A stretch of 64,000 bases of DNA from Longimicrobiales bacterium (GCA_965203485.1 OZ241892.1:1152001-1216000), one strand, 5' to 3'; counted from the stretch's first letter, positions 48,798-59,785 are shown. A program made the numbers and translations. The notes: generated by a model not told the origin, from the letters alone.

Positions 48798-50250
48798 CGA
48801 CGTACTCCGCCACATGCCCCGCGTCCTGTGCCTTGCCGGCGAGGCTGACCAGCACGAGCACGGGAAGGTGCACGGCCAGTCCCAGAATCCCTTCGTGGAT
48901 GTCGAGCGGCTTGAGATCCGGCTGCAGGAAGAAGAACACGGCGACCGCCGACCCGGCCACCAAGCCCGACGCGACGCCGGCCGTGGTCGCCCGTCTCCAG
49001 TACATGGCCGAGAGGACGGCGGGCATGAACTGGCAGACGATCCCGTACGACGCCAGAAGAAGGCTCACCAGCGAGTCGTTCTCCTGCAACGCCAGAACGT
49101 ACGCGAGCGCACCGGTGCCGACCACCAGCACGCGCATCAGCGCGCGCCGCGCCTTGTCCGACAGGTTCCGGAACGGCTGCACTCCGTCTTCGACCACGAC
49201 GGACGCTCCCGCGTGCAGCAGCGCGTCGCCGGTTGACATCGAGGCCGACAGCGCACCGGCGCAGAACAGTCCCACGACCAAAGCCGGGAGTTCCGTGCGC
49301 AGGACGAGGAAGGGAAGCACCATGTCCGGTTGCGGGGGCGACTCCGGGAAGAGCACGCCTGCGAATCCGATCAAGAACACGGGGATCAAGAAGAGCTGGA
49401 AGGTGGGGAACAGGACGACGGTGCGGCGGATCGTCCGATCGTCCCTCGCCGTGAACGCCTTCATGAACAGGTGCGGCAACATGGTGAAGCCGATTGCGCT
49501 CACCAGGATGGCGCTCGAGTATGCGCCCCACGTCCACGGACTTCCGTCGCCGTCGAGCCCCGGGAGCGACAGGAGTTCGGGGCGCGTCGCGAGGATCTGG
49601 TCGAACATCGCGCCCACGCCGCCGTAGAGCTTCGCGGGCAGGAAGAGGCCCAGCGTCCAAGCGATTGCCAGCATGAAGACGCCCTGGAAGGCGTTCGTCC
49701 AGCCGACCGCCGACACGCCGCTAGCCAGCACGTACGCCATCACAACCCCGTACGCGACCGCGCCCCCCGCCCAGAACGGGATGCGTCCGTCGGTCACGGT
49801 CTCGATCACGATGCCCGCGCCCCCGATCTGGATCGTCACGTACGGCACGAACGCCGCCAGCGTCAGCGCCGCCATGAGAGCCGAGAGACCGCGCGACGGG
49901 AAGCGCCCGGTCAGCAGCTGCGCCTGGGTGACGAAACCGAAACGCCGTCCCAGCGCCGCGGCCTTGGGCCCCACCGCGTACCACGGGGCCATCCCAAGCA
50001 CTCCGTAGGCGAGGATGTAGAACGCCGCCGCGCCCCGCGAGTACGCCCATCCCGGCCCGCCCAGGAATGCGAATGCCGAGAACACCGACGCGCCCGTGAC
50101 GAAGTACATCACCAGCAACCCGAAGTCCCGGTCGCCCGCCACGTATCCCTGCACGCTCTTCGACGCTCGGCGGCCGGCCGCCAGCCCCACGGCCAGCGTC
50201 GTGGCCAAGTAGCCGAAGACGACTAGAGTGATCAGGCCGAAGCTATCCAT
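48790..50250 (-). CDS. Sodium:solute symporter family protein
   Basis: YVAGDR, FSAFAFLGGPG, multiple TM helices, ALSASMST. Confidence 0.92.
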   Translation of the reverse strand: MDSFGLITLVVFGYLATTLAVGLAAGRRASKSVQGYVAGDRDFGLLVMYFVTGASVFSAFAFLGGPGWAYSRGAAAFYILAYGVLGMAPWYAVGPKAAALGRRFGFVTQAQLLTGRFPSRGLSALMAALTLAAFVPYVTIQIGGAGIVIETVTDGRIPFWAGGAVAYGVVMAYVLASGVSAVGWTNAFQGVFMLAIAWTLGLFLPAKLYGGVGAMFDQILATRPELLSLPGLDGDGSPWTWGAYSSAILVSAIGFTMLPHLFMKAFTARDDRTIRRTVVLFPTFQLFLIPVFLIGFAGVLFPESPPQPDMVLPFLVLRTELPALVVGLFCAGALSASMSTGDALLHAGASVVVEDGVQPFRNLSDKARRALMRVLVVGTGALAYVLALQENDSLVSLLLASYGIVCQFMPAVLSAMYWRRATTAGVASGLVAGSAVAVFFFLQPDLKPLDIHEGILGLAVHLPVLVLVSLAGKAQDAGHVAEYVDA

Positions 50251-50500
50251 TGGAAGAGCCGTGCCTGCCGCGCCCCCCCGCGCTCTCGGTTGCGCGATCC
50301 CGCCGGTTGCGGGCCGAGTCCATGCGCCACAACACGAACAGGCTGCCGACGAGCCACGCCGCAGTCCACGCCATTTGCCTCGGCAACCCCAGCACGAACG
50401 GCGCGGGAGCGTTCACAAGCATCTGCCCCGGCCATGTGACCGCGACGGCGAACAACAGATGGTAGGCCCACGCGACGCGGGTCCAGGTGCGATAGGGCAT
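50243..50500 (-). CDS. Small two-TM protein accompanying the symporter (DUF3311-like)
   Basis: Two hydrophobic segments, PFVLGLP..W; overlaps the symporter start. Confidence 0.65.
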   Translation of the reverse strand: MPYRTWTRVAWAYHLLFAVAVTWPGQMLVNAPAPFVLGLPRQMAWTAAWLVGSLFVLWRMDSARNRRDRATESAGGRGRHGSSNG

Positions 50501-50685
50501 CGGGGCGGCGGACCTGCGGGTCGTGGGAGGGCGGCGGCGCGGAAGGTCGACATGGGCCGGCCTGAGGGCGGCGGCGACCACTCAAGCTAATCCCGGCGCG
50601 ACGGGCGCCGTAAATCTCGGCGCCGGGCTCGCCAGTCGGGCGTCGAGCGCGACGCGGCGCGACGGCGCCACGAAGCTGCTGGGCG

Positions 50686-51450
50686 TCAGCCTCGCTGTTG
50701 CTTTTCCACGAACGTCTTGACGCCTTCGCGGCCCGCATCGGAGGCGAAGGCCTCGAGGAACAGCTCCTTCTCCAGGGCGAGACCAGCGGACAAGGGGCGC
50801 TCGAAGGCTTCGCGCACGGCATGCTTGACGAGCCGGAGGGCGACAGGGCTCCACCGGGCGATGCGCCCCGCGACCTCGCGCGCCTTGTCGAGGTGCTTGC
50901 CTTCGCCCACCAGGAACTCGACCAGGCCGATGCGGTGGGCCTCGGCGGCGTCCACCAAGTCGCCGGAGAGACCGAGCCGGAGGGCTTGGCCCGGGCCGAC
51001 CAGGCGGGCGAGGCGCTGCGTGCCGCCCGCGCCCGGGACGAGGCCGAGGCGTATCTCGAACTGCCCGAACCGGGCTGTGGCGTCGGCGATCCGCAGGTCG
51101 CATGCCAGCGCGAGTTCGTTTCCGCCTCCGATGCAGAAGCCGTGGACGGCGCAAATCACCGGCTTCGGGAACTCGGCAAGAGCGTCGTAGACTCGGCGAA
51201 GCTTGTACAGCTCGCGCTGTTGTCCCGGCGTTCGGGACGCGAACTCGCTCACGTCCGCTCCAGCGGCGAAGGCGTCGCCGGCGCCGTGGAGGATCGCGAC
51301 CTTCGCTTCGTCGCGGGCGGCCAGCTCGTCGAAGGCGGCCGCCAGCGCCTGCCGCACGGGCTCGTTGAGCGCGTTGAGCTTGCCGGGGCGGCTGATCTGC
51401 ACCTCTGCGATCCCGTCTCCGACGGACACGCGAACCGCGTCGGCGCTCAA
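50686..51450 (-). CDS. Enoyl-CoA hydratase/isomerase
   Basis: RPGKLNAL, AGADV, GGGNELALACD, PGAGGTQRL; TTG start overlapping upstream stop. Confidence 0.9.
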   Translation of the reverse strand: MSADAVRVSVGDGIAEVQISRPGKLNALNEPVRQALAAAFDELAARDEAKVAILHGAGDAFAAGADVSEFASRTPGQQRELYKLRRVYDALAEFPKPVICAVHGFCIGGGNELALACDLRIADATARFGQFEIRLGLVPGAGGTQRLARLVGPGQALRLGLSGDLVDAAEAHRIGLVEFLVGEGKHLDKAREVAGRIARWSPVALRLVKHAVREAFERPLSAGLALEKELFLEAFASDAGREGVKTFVEKQQRG

Positions 51451-52358
51451 GAGCCGGTCCAGTCGTAGAAGCCCTGGCCGGACTTCCTTCCCAGCTTGCC
51501 CTCTGCGACCATCTGCTCGAGAAGGGCAGGGGGACGGAACGCGTCCGAGCCCAGGGCCGCGTGCAACGTGCGGGCGATTTCCAGCCGCACGTCGAGCCCC
51601 ACCAGGTCCGTCACCCTGAGGGGGCCCATGGGGTGCCTGTAGCCGAGCACCATCGCCTTGTCGATGTCTTCGGGCGACGCAACGCGCGCTTCCACCATCC
51701 GGATTGCCTCCAGGCCCAGCGCCACGCCCAGGCGCGACGACGCGAAGCCCGGCGAGTCGTTCACGACGATCGGTTCCTTGCCCAAGTCCTCGACGAAGGC
51801 GAGACACCGCCTCAGCGTGTCCGGGTCCGTCTCGGGGCCCTTGACCACTTCAACGAGCGCCATCAGATGAACGGGGTTGAAGAAGTGCAAGCCGACGAAC
51901 CGGCTTGGCGACGGAAGGTCTTCGGCGATGGCCCCGATCGAGAGCGCCGACGTGTTGGTGGCCAGGACGGTCTCGCGAGACGCCGCCTCGGCCACCGAAC
52001 CGAACAACGCCTTCTTCAAGCTCATCGACTCGGGAACCGCTTCGACCACCAGGTCGGCGCCGTCCAGAGCGTCTTCCCGGCGGGGCGCGGCGCGGATGCG
52101 GGCGAGCGCGCCGTCGCGGACCGAGCCGTCCACCTTGCCCAAGCTCACGCCCTTGTCCAGCGTCGCCGCGATGCGCGCCATGCCTTCCCGCAGGCTCGCT
52201 TCGTCGGCGTCGTGGAGCGCTGTGGAGTATCCCGCGGTCGCCGTCGCCTGTGCGATCCCGTGGCCCATCGTCCCCGCGCCGATCACGGCCACGCGACCGA
52301 AGGGCCGGGCTGCCGCGACGCCGGCCGCCGCGCTTTCGTTGTTCCGGTCGAGCGCCAC
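51447..52358 (-). CDS. 3-hydroxyacyl-CoA dehydrogenase
   Basis: GAGTMGHGIA, VEAVPE, TNTSAL, GLHFFNP, GRKSGQGFY. Confidence 0.93.
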   Translation of the reverse strand: MALDRNNESAAAGVAAARPFGRVAVIGAGTMGHGIAQATATAGYSTALHDADEASLREGMARIAATLDKGVSLGKVDGSVRDGALARIRAAPRREDALDGADLVVEAVPESMSLKKALFGSVAEAASRETVLATNTSALSIGAIAEDLPSPSRFVGLHFFNPVHLMALVEVVKGPETDPDTLRRCLAFVEDLGKEPIVVNDSPGFASSRLGVALGLEAIRMVEARVASPEDIDKAMVLGYRHPMGPLRVTDLVGLDVRLEIARTLHAALGSDAFRPPALLEQMVAEGKLGRKSGQGFYDWTGS

Positions 52359-52360
52359 CT

Positions 52361-53557
52361 TCAGGCTCGCTCTACGACGGTCGCGACGCCCTGTCCCACG
52401 CCGACGCACATCGTCGCCAGCCCCAGCGAGGCGTCGCGCCGCCTCATTTCGTGGGCCAGCGTGACGAGAATGCGGGCGCCGGAGCAGCCGATGGGGTGGC
52501 CGAGGGCGATCGCGCCGCCGTGCACGTTGACCGTTTTCGGGTCCAGGCCGAGTTCGCGGACGCACGGAATCGCCTGCGCCGCGAACGCCTCGTTGACTTC
52601 GGCGAGGTCGAGGTCGCCGGCGTCCGCGCCCGCCCGGTCGAGGCACCGGCGCGACGCGGGCACCGGTCCGATCCCCATGAGGCCCGGCTCCACGCCGGCG
52701 ACGGCCGTGGCGCGGATCTTCGCCAGGGGCGCCAAACCGAGTTCGGTCGCCCGGGACGCCTCGACCACCAGCAACGCGGCGGCTCCGTCGTTGACGCCCG
52801 AGGAGTTGCCAGCGGTCACCGTCCCGTCCTTCGCGAACACGGGCCGAAGCGCGGCCAAGGCGTCCGGCGTCGTGTGCGGACGCGGATGCTCGTCCCGGTC
52901 CACCACCTGGGCTCCGTTCCGGCGGCGGGGCGCGCGCACCGGGACCGTCTCCGCATCGAACCGTCCTGCGGCGACCGCGGCGGCGGCCTTGCGCTGGCTC
53001 TCCAGGGCGAAGGCGTCCTGCTCCTCGCGCCCGACGCCGAACTTTCGCGCCACCGTCTCCGCGGTCGCTCCCAGGCTCGCCGTCCACGCGCCGGGAAAGC
53101 GCGGGTTGGGGAACCGCCACCCGAGCACTGTGTCCGCGACTTCGGGGACGCCGCGCGCATACCCGCGCTCCGGCTTGAGCATCACCAGCGGCGCGCGGCT
53201 CATCGATTCGACGCCGCCAGCGACGAACACGTCGCCCTCGCCGGCCCGGATCGCGTGAAACGCCGCGGCCACGGCCTGCATCCCCGAGCCGCAGAGACGG
53301 TTCACCGTCTGCCCGGGGACCTCCACCGGCAACCCGGCGCGGAGCAGCGCCATGCGGGCCACGTTGCGGTTGTCCTCGCCCGCTTGGTTGGCGCATCCGA
53401 AGACGACGTCGTCGACCGTCTCCGCCGGAAAGCGGTTGCGGGCCAGCAGCGCCTCGATCACCACCGCCGCCAGGTCGTCCGGCCGCACCGGAGCAAGCGC
53501 TCCGCCGTGTCGTCCGATGGGCGTGCGGACGGCGTCCACGATCCACGCCTCGCGCAT
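52361..53557 (-). CDS. Thiolase (PcaF/PaaJ-like)
   Basis: NQAGEDNRNVARM, NRLCGSG, NEAFA, GHPIG, MCVGVGQG. Confidence 0.92.
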   Translation of the reverse strand: MREAWIVDAVRTPIGRHGGALAPVRPDDLAAVVIEALLARNRFPAETVDDVVFGCANQAGEDNRNVARMALLRAGLPVEVPGQTVNRLCGSGMQAVAAAFHAIRAGEGDVFVAGGVESMSRAPLVMLKPERGYARGVPEVADTVLGWRFPNPRFPGAWTASLGATAETVARKFGVGREEQDAFALESQRKAAAAVAAGRFDAETVPVRAPRRRNGAQVVDRDEHPRPHTTPDALAALRPVFAKDGTVTAGNSSGVNDGAAALLVVEASRATELGLAPLAKIRATAVAGVEPGLMGIGPVPASRRCLDRAGADAGDLDLAEVNEAFAAQAIPCVRELGLDPKTVNVHGGAIALGHPIGCSGARILVTLAHEMRRRDASLGLATMCVGVGQGVATVVERA

Positions 53558-53603
53558 GGAGCCGGCGCTCAAGACGGCGCCGTCGGCGAGCCTGCCCAGC
53601 CGG

Positions 53604-55109
53604 CTATCCGTCCAGCGCCACCCATACGCTCTTGACCCGCGTGTACTTCTCCAGCGCCGTCTGGAAGCCCAGGTCGCGTCCGAAGCCGCTGTCCTTGCAG
53701 CCGCCGAACGGCGACGCGGGCGCGTACTGGTTGTACGTGTTGATCCACACCGTGCCGGCGTCGATGGCGGCCGCCATGCGGTGTGCCTTGCCCACGTCGC
53801 GCGTCCAGACGCCGGCCGCCAGTCCGTAGCACGAGTCGTTGGCCTTGGCCACCGCGTCGTCGGCGTCTCGGAACGGGATCACGGCCGCCACCGGGCCGAA
53901 GATCTCCTCGCGGGCAATGGCCATCTCGGGCTCGACCCCGGAGAAGACGGTGGCGTTCACGAAGTTGCCGCGTCCGTTGACGGCGACGCGGTCTCCCCCA
54001 GCCTCCAGGCGCGCCCCGTCCGCCGTGCCCGACTCGATGTAGCCCATCACGCGCTTGAGCTGTTCCTTGCTGACGACGGCCCCCAAGCGCGTCTTCGGGT
54101 CCATCGGGTCGCCGGCCGGCATCCGCTGGGCGCGAGCCGCCAGCCCGGCCACGAAGTCGTCGTGCACCGCGTCCTCAACGAGAATGCGGCTCCCTGCGGC
54201 GCACACTTCGCCCTTCCCGTAGAAGATGCCGGTGGACGCGCCCCTCACCGCCTGGTCCAAGTCGGCGTCGGCGAACACCACGTTGGGCGACTTGCCGCCG
54301 AGCTCCAGCGACACCGGCGTGAGCGTGGCCGCCGCCTCGCGCATCACGATCCGCCCCACTTCGGTCGAGCCCGTGAACGAGATCGCGTCCACGCCCGGAT
54401 GGCGGACCAGCGCGGCCCCGGCCGTCTCGCCGAAGCCGGGCAACACGTTCAGGACGCCCGCGGGAAACCCGGCCTCGGCGGCCAGCTCGCCGAAGCGTAG
54501 CGCGGTCAGGGGCGTCTGCTCGGCCGGCTTGAGCACGACGGCGGCGCCGCAGGCCAGCGCCGGAGCGACCTTCCAGGCCGCCATCGACAGCGGAAAGTTC
54601 CACGGGATGATCGCGCCGACGACGCCCACGGGCTCCCGCATCGCGTAGTTGAGGAACGGTCCGGGCACCGGCGCCACGTCGCCCTGGATCTTGTCGGCCA
54701 GCCCCGCGTAGTATCGCAGCGTCCGCGTCACCGACGGCAAGTCCACGCGGCGGGCCTCGAACCATGGCTTGCCGTTGTCCTGCGTCTCGAGCCGGGCCAG
54801 CTCGTCCGCGTGACGGTCCACCAGGTCGGCCAGGGTCCACAGCAGGCGCGAGCGCTTCCCGGGGTCCATGCGCCTCCAGCCCTCCGACGCGAAGGCGGTC
54901 CGGGCCGCGTCCACCGCGCGGTCCACGTCCGCGGAGCGCGCCTCGGCCACCTCGGCCAGCGTCTCGTCCGTCGCGGGATTGATCGACTCGAACGTGCCGC
55001 CCGCCTCCGCGTCGCACCACTCGTTGCCGATCCAGAGCTGGCCGCGGGGCGCCTGCGTTGCGCGGTGCGCGGGGCCGTCCTTGGTTCCGGCGCCCGCCCG
55101 GCCCGTCAT
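53604..55109 (-). CDS. Aldehyde dehydrogenase
   Basis: PWNFP, FTGSTEVG, LELGGKSP, GEVCAAGSR, EEIFGPV. Confidence 0.94.
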   Translation of the reverse strand: MTGRAGAGTKDGPAHRATQAPRGQLWIGNEWCDAEAGGTFESINPATDETLAEVAEARSADVDRAVDAARTAFASEGWRRMDPGKRSRLLWTLADLVDRHADELARLETQDNGKPWFEARRVDLPSVTRTLRYYAGLADKIQGDVAPVPGPFLNYAMREPVGVVGAIIPWNFPLSMAAWKVAPALACGAAVVLKPAEQTPLTALRFGELAAEAGFPAGVLNVLPGFGETAGAALVRHPGVDAISFTGSTEVGRIVMREAAATLTPVSLELGGKSPNVVFADADLDQAVRGASTGIFYGKGEVCAAGSRILVEDAVHDDFVAGLAARAQRMPAGDPMDPKTRLGAVVSKEQLKRVMGYIESGTADGARLEAGGDRVAVNGRGNFVNATVFSGVEPEMAIAREEIFGPVAAVIPFRDADDAVAKANDSCYGLAAGVWTRDVGKAHRMAAAIDAGTVWINTYNQYAPASPFGGCKDSGFGRDLGFQTALEKYTRVKSVWVALDG

Positions 55110-55153
55110 CGTTCGGCTCGCCGAAGCTTCCTGGACGCTTCCGGCGCGCAGCG

Positions 55154-55960
55154 TCAGGCGCCCTGGAACTGGGGCTTGCGCTTCTCCACGTAGGCGTTCA
55201 GCCCCTCGCGCGCATCCCCGCTGGCGAACAGCTGCTGCTGCAGCTCGCGTTCCAGGCCCAGGGCCGACTCGAACGGCACCTCGGCTCCCGTCTGCACCGA
55301 ACGCTTGATGGCGCCCACCGCCTTCGCCGCCTTGGCCGGTGGGCAGAATCCGCGTGCGTACTCCGTCACGCGGTCCATGAAGGCGGCGTGCGTCTCGGCC
55401 TCCCAGAGCTCGTTGACGAGGCCCAGCTCGGCGGCCCGGTCGAACCCGAACGTGCGGCCCGTGGCCATGAGCTCGATCGCCCTGGACTTGCCCACCAGCC
55501 TGGCCAGCCGCTGCGTGCCTCCCGTTCCCGGCAAGACGCCCAGGTGGACCTCCGGCAACCCCGTCTTGCCCGCTCCCGCCCTCGCCACGCGAACGTCGGC
55601 GGCCATCGCGATCTCCAGTCCGCCGCCGACCGCGTGGCCGTTGAGCGCCGCGATCACCAGCTTCGGCGTGTGCTCCAGACGGTTCAGCGTCTCGTTGGCG
55701 TGCAGGCAGAAGTTGTACTTGAACTCGGCGGTCACGTCGGCGAGCATGCCGATGTCGGCGCCGGCGCAGAAGAACTTCTCGCCCTTGCCGGTGATCACGA
55801 TCACGTGGACGGCGTCGTCGAAGCGCGCCTTGAGGACGGCGTCGTCCAGCTGTCGCATCATCTCGTGCGTGTAGGTGTTCGCGGGCGGATCGTCGAGGGA
55901 GAGGACCGCGACGCCTGCGCTGGAGTCGTAGTGGACGAGAGCCTTGTCGGACATTGCCAT
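55154..55960 (-). CDS. Enoyl-CoA hydratase/isomerase
   Basis: FCAGADI, GGGLEIAMAAD, PEVHLGVLPGTGGTQRL. Confidence 0.92.
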   Translation of the reverse strand: MAMSDKALVHYDSSAGVAVLSLDDPPANTYTHEMMRQLDDAVLKARFDDAVHVIVITGKGEKFFCAGADIGMLADVTAEFKYNFCLHANETLNRLEHTPKLVIAALNGHAVGGGLEIAMAADVRVARAGAGKTGLPEVHLGVLPGTGGTQRLARLVGKSRAIELMATGRTFGFDRAAELGLVNELWEAETHAAFMDRVTEYARGFCPPAKAAKAVGAIKRSVQTGAEVPFESALGLERELQQQLFASGDAREGLNAYVEKRKPQFQGA

Positions 55961-56400
55961 GCCTTGGGGAAGGGGCATTGAGGTGGAAGCGGCGGCCGCG
56001 CGGGCGCGACACGCGAGGACCAGCGGATGTGAAGGCGCCGCGCCGGTCGTTTGCCCGCCACCGGCACGTCGCGAGGATGGCCGGCCGGCAGGCGCCGCGC
56101 GCGCCGACTGCACGACAGTCGGGTGCGGTCTCGCGGGCGGGCGCCCTGCACGGGCCGGAGTCGGCAAAGATAACATGCGCGGGTGCGGAGCAAGGCTAGA
56201 TTTGGAGCCTTGGGCCGTCTCTTGCCGCACGCGCGCCCCCTCGCGGGTACTGCACGGAGGGGTGGACGCGAGCGCGTGGCCGCCGGTTCGCATGGCGGCT
56301 GGGCGCCGGTCGCTCGCCGAAGGGCTTCGGGCCGCGGCGCGTATTGGGAAGAGGACGGAGTGGCGCATGCGCAGGTGGACCGCATGAAGGAGTGGTGGCC

Positions 56401-57762
56401 ATGGACGAGACGAAGCGCTGGAACGCGGGCTTGGAGGCGGTTGCGGTCGCGGGAGCGGCGCTCTTTGGGGCGTGGCTCGGCGTGCTCGCCCCCGCCGCGG
56501 CGCAGCAATCCGTGGTGAGGGTGCCCGTCGCCGGCACCGTCGAGATGGGATTGGCGCCCTTCATCGAGCGGACGCTGGCCGAGGCCGAAGCGGCCGGCGC
56601 GCGCGCGGTCGTGCTGGACATCGAGACGTTCGGGGGGCGCGTGGACGCCGCCGAGCGGATCGTGAGCGCGGTCAGCCGCGCCGAGGTGCCCGTGTATTCC
56701 TACGTCAACATGTACGCGTATTCGGCCGGAGCCATGATCGCGCTGTCGGCCGAGCGGGTGCTCATGCGGCGGGGCGCGGCCATGGGCGCCGTGACCCCGG
56801 TGGACGGGCAGGGGAACAAGGCGTCCGAGAAGATGGTGTCGGTGATGCGGGGGCGGATGCGCGCGCTGGCGGAAGCCCGCGGGCTGGACCCGGCGGTGGC
56901 CGAGGCGATGGTGGACGAGGAGATCGAGGTCGAGGGCATCGTCGAGCGCGGCAAGCTGCTGACGCTGACCGCCGAGGAGGCCCAGGCGCTGGGCTACGCC
57001 GAGGTCGTGGACGACTGGACGGGGCTGGCCGCCGCGCTGGGGCTGGAGACGTCCGCCGTCGTGCGGGCCGAGGTCAACTGGGCCGAGCGGCTCGTTCGCT
57101 TCTTCACGAATCCCGTGATCGCGCCGTTCCTGCTCTCGATCGGCTTTCTCGGCCTGATCGTCGAGGTCAAGACGGCCGGCTTCGGGCTGGCGGGGGCGGC
57201 GGGACTCCTTGCGCTGGGACTGTTCTTCGGCGCGCACCTGCTGATCGGTCTCGCGGGCATCGAGAGCCTCATCCTGCTCGGCGCGGGCGTCGTGCTGCTC
57301 GCCGTCGAAGTCCTGGTCATTCCGGGGATGGGACTGTTCGGCGTCGCCGGAGGGCTGGCGCTCGCGGGGGGCATCTTCATGGCGATGCTGGGCGACCTTC
57401 CCGAGGGCGCCGACTTCGCCCGGGCCGCGAGCGTGCTTTCGGCGGCGGTCCTGCTCGTCCTGGTGAGCGCGTGGGTTCTGCTGCGCACCTTGCCCGGCAA
57501 TTGGCGCTTGCAGCGGAGCGGCGTTCTATTGCCCGAGTCCACGGACCGGCGCGAGGGCTACACCTCCGCCAGCGTGCGGCCCGAGCTCGTCGGCGCCGAG
57601 GGCGTGGCGATCACCGCGCTTCGGCCCGCGGGCATGGGCCTCTTCGGCGACGAGCGGATCGACGTCGTCTCCGAGAGCGAGTGGATCGAGGAGGGCACCC
57701 CGATACGCGTGATGAGCGCCGAGGGCTACCGGCACATCGTGCGCGCCGTGACGCCCGGCTAG
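56401..57762 (+). CDS. nfeD: NfeD family membrane-bound protease (ClpP-like, TM and OB domains)
   Basis: IETFGG, AYSAGA, LLTLTAEEA, TALRPAG. Confidence 0.88.
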   Translation: MDETKRWNAGLEAVAVAGAALFGAWLGVLAPAAAQQSVVRVPVAGTVEMGLAPFIERTLAEAEAAGARAVVLDIETFGGRVDAAERIVSAVSRAEVPVYSYVNMYAYSAGAMIALSAERVLMRRGAAMGAVTPVDGQGNKASEKMVSVMRGRMRALAEARGLDPAVAEAMVDEEIEVEGIVERGKLLTLTAEEAQALGYAEVVDDWTGLAAALGLETSAVVRAEVNWAERLVRFFTNPVIAPFLLSIGFLGLIVEVKTAGFGLAGAAGLLALGLFFGAHLLIGLAGIESLILLGAGVVLLAVEVLVIPGMGLFGVAGGLALAGGIFMAMLGDLPEGADFARAASVLSAAVLLVLVSAWVLLRTLPGNWRLQRSGVLLPESTDRREGYTSASVRPELVGAEGVAITALRPAGMGLFGDERIDVVSESEWIEEGTPIRVMSAEGYRHIVRAVTPG

Positions 57763-57807
57763 CGCGCCGGTCAACACTTCACCCCAAAGGACAAAGGACT
57801 CGCCCGC

Positions 57808-58803
57808 ATGGATGAGCTCACTTTCAACACCACCGTCTTCGTGGTGTTGGCCGTCGTCGTCGTGTCCCTTCTCGTGCTCACGTGGGTCGTCCCGGTTCGC
57901 CTGTGGATCGAGGCCACGTTCTCGGGAGTGCGCCTCGGCTTGGGAAGCTTGGTGGGAATGCGGTTGCGCAAGGTGAGTCCGCCCGCAGTCGTGCGACCGC
58001 TGATCGCTTCGACTAAGGCCGGCCTGCCGCTGGACGTGTCGCACTTGGAGGCGCACTACTTGGCCGGCGGCGACGTGGACCGGGTGGTGAGGGCCTTGAT
58101 CAGCGCGGACAAGGCGACGATCGAGTTGCCGTTCCAGCAGGCGGCGGCCATCGACTTGGCGGGCAGGGACGTGTTCGAGGCGGTTCAGGTGTCCGTGAAT
58201 CCGAAGGTCGTGCAGACGCCCCGCGTGGCGGCGATGGCCCGCGACGGCATTCAGCTGATCGCCGTGGCGCGCGTGACCGTCCGAGCGAACATCAACCGGC
58301 TCGTGGGCGGCGCCGGCGAGGAAACGATCCTGGCTCGGGTCGGCGAAGGCATCGTGTCGACGATCGGTTCCGCCGATTCCCACAAGGCCGTGCTGGAGAA
58401 CCCGGACGCGATCTCCAAGACGGTTCTGCAGAAGGGACTGGACTCGGGCACGGCGTTCGAGATCCTGTCGATCGACATCGCCGACGTGGACGTGGGCAAG
58501 AACATCGGCGCGGAGCTGCAAACGGACCAAGCCGAGGCCGACAAGCGCGTGGCCCAGGCGCGGGCCGAGGAGCGCCGCGCGATGGCGATGGCCAAGGAGC
58601 AGGAGATGAAGGCCAAGGTCGAAGAAATGCGGGCCGAGGTGATCGCCGCCGAGGCCAAGATTCCGCTCGCGATGGCCGACGCCTTCCGCAGCGGGAACCT
58701 CGGCATCATGGATTACGCCAAGTACCGCAACATCGAGTCCGACACGCACATGCGGCGCGCCATCGCCACCGGCGACGAAGAGTCGTCCGAATCGGCCTCG
58801 TAG
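57808..58803 (+). CDS. floA: Flotillin-like protein FloA (YqfA/UPF0365)
   Basis: [37 protein letters not shown]. Confidence 0.92.
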   Translation: MDELTFNTTVFVVLAVVVVSLLVLTWVVPVRLWIEATFSGVRLGLGSLVGMRLRKVSPPAVVRPLIASTKAGLPLDVSHLEAHYLAGGDVDRVVRALISADKATIELPFQQAAAIDLAGRDVFEAVQVSVNPKVVQTPRVAAMARDGIQLIAVARVTVRANINRLVGGAGEETILARVGEGIVSTIGSADSHKAVLENPDAISKTVLQKGLDSGTAFEILSIDIADVDVGKNIGAELQTDQAEADKRVAQARAEERRAMAMAKEQEMKAKVEEMRAEVIAAEAKIPLAMADAFRSGNLGIMDYAKYRNIESDTHMRRAIATGDEESSESAS

Positions 58804-58831
58804 GGGGAGCGGACGAAACCCGAGACGCGCC

Positions 58832-59785
58832 ATGGACACGCGCCTCATCGTCGTGCTGGCGGTCATCGCCCTCCTGCAGTCCCTCTTCGCCAAGAAGAAG
58901 GGGAGGGCGGGAGCCGAAGCCCCGGAGGACGCGGCGGAACCGCCGGGCGAGGGATTGCCGCCGGGCATGGGCGAACGGCCGGAGGGAGCCGGGGCGGGCG
59001 GCCGCGGAGCGACGGACGGGCGATGGCCGGATATTGCGCGAGAGGAGCCGGGCGCTCGCTCGCCGTCGGCGCGTCCGGCCGCGGCTGGGACCGCGACCGT
59101 TGCTCGCGGCGGCGAGTCCGTGGCCAGGCCGCGCCGGCCGGGGGTCCGCCCGCGCCCCAGCCCCGTGGCCGGCGGGCACGGCGGCGAGTCCGTTGCGACG
59201 GGGCCGCGCAGCAGAACGACGCAGCCTGGTCCGGTGCGCGCCGAGGCTGCTCCGGCGGGTTCGCGCGGACGCGGACGCGGCATTTTGGCGGAGCTGTTCG
59301 CCGAACTCGAGGCCCAAGCCAAGAAGGAGTTGCCGTTTCCAGGGTCCGGCCGCGACGCGACGCCGGGCCGGGGCGGGCGCGCCGACGGCCCGGAAGCGGA
59401 TTCTTCGGGCATTGCGGAGCCCGGACTTCCCAGCTTCGGCGTCCCGGAGCGCGCCGAAGCGGAACGGCGCGAGGCGGCGGACGCCGGGCGTCGCGAGTTG
59501 CGCGTTCCACCGGTTCCCCCGCGCGGCGACCCGTGGGCGCTCGGGTCGACGGGTTCGGCGCCGCCGGCGCGACCGGCGCGTGCCACGTCCCGGCAATCGC
59601 CCGAGGCCCGCGGCGCCGCGGCGCCGGCCGGGGCTCCGCCCGTTGGGTCCGGGGCGGCGAGCCCCGACCACGACCTCTACGGCCTGCGCAACCGGGACAG
59701 CCTGAAGCGCGCCGTCGTCGCCCGCGAGGTGCTCGGTCCGCCGTTGGCGCTGCGACGGGGAGACGAAGGCGCGTCCTGGCGGTAG
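58832..59785 (+). CDS. Membrane-anchored, mostly disordered protein (YqfB-like)
   Basis: N-terminal TM, C-terminal LKRAVVAREVLGPP; third gene after nfeD-floA. Confidence 0.6.
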   Translation: MDTRLIVVLAVIALLQSLFAKKKGRAGAEAPEDAAEPPGEGLPPGMGERPEGAGAGGRGATDGRWPDIAREEPGARSPSARPAAAGTATVARGGESVARPRRPGVRPRPSPVAGGHGGESVATGPRSRTTQPGPVRAEAAPAGSRGRGRGILAELFAELEAQAKKELPFPGSGRDATPGRGGRADGPEADSSGIAEPGLPSFGVPERAEAERREAADAGRRELRVPPVPPRGDPWALGSTGSAPPARPARATSRQSPEARGAAAPAGAPPVGSGAASPDHDLYGLRNRDSLKRAVVAREVLGPPLALRRGDEGASWR

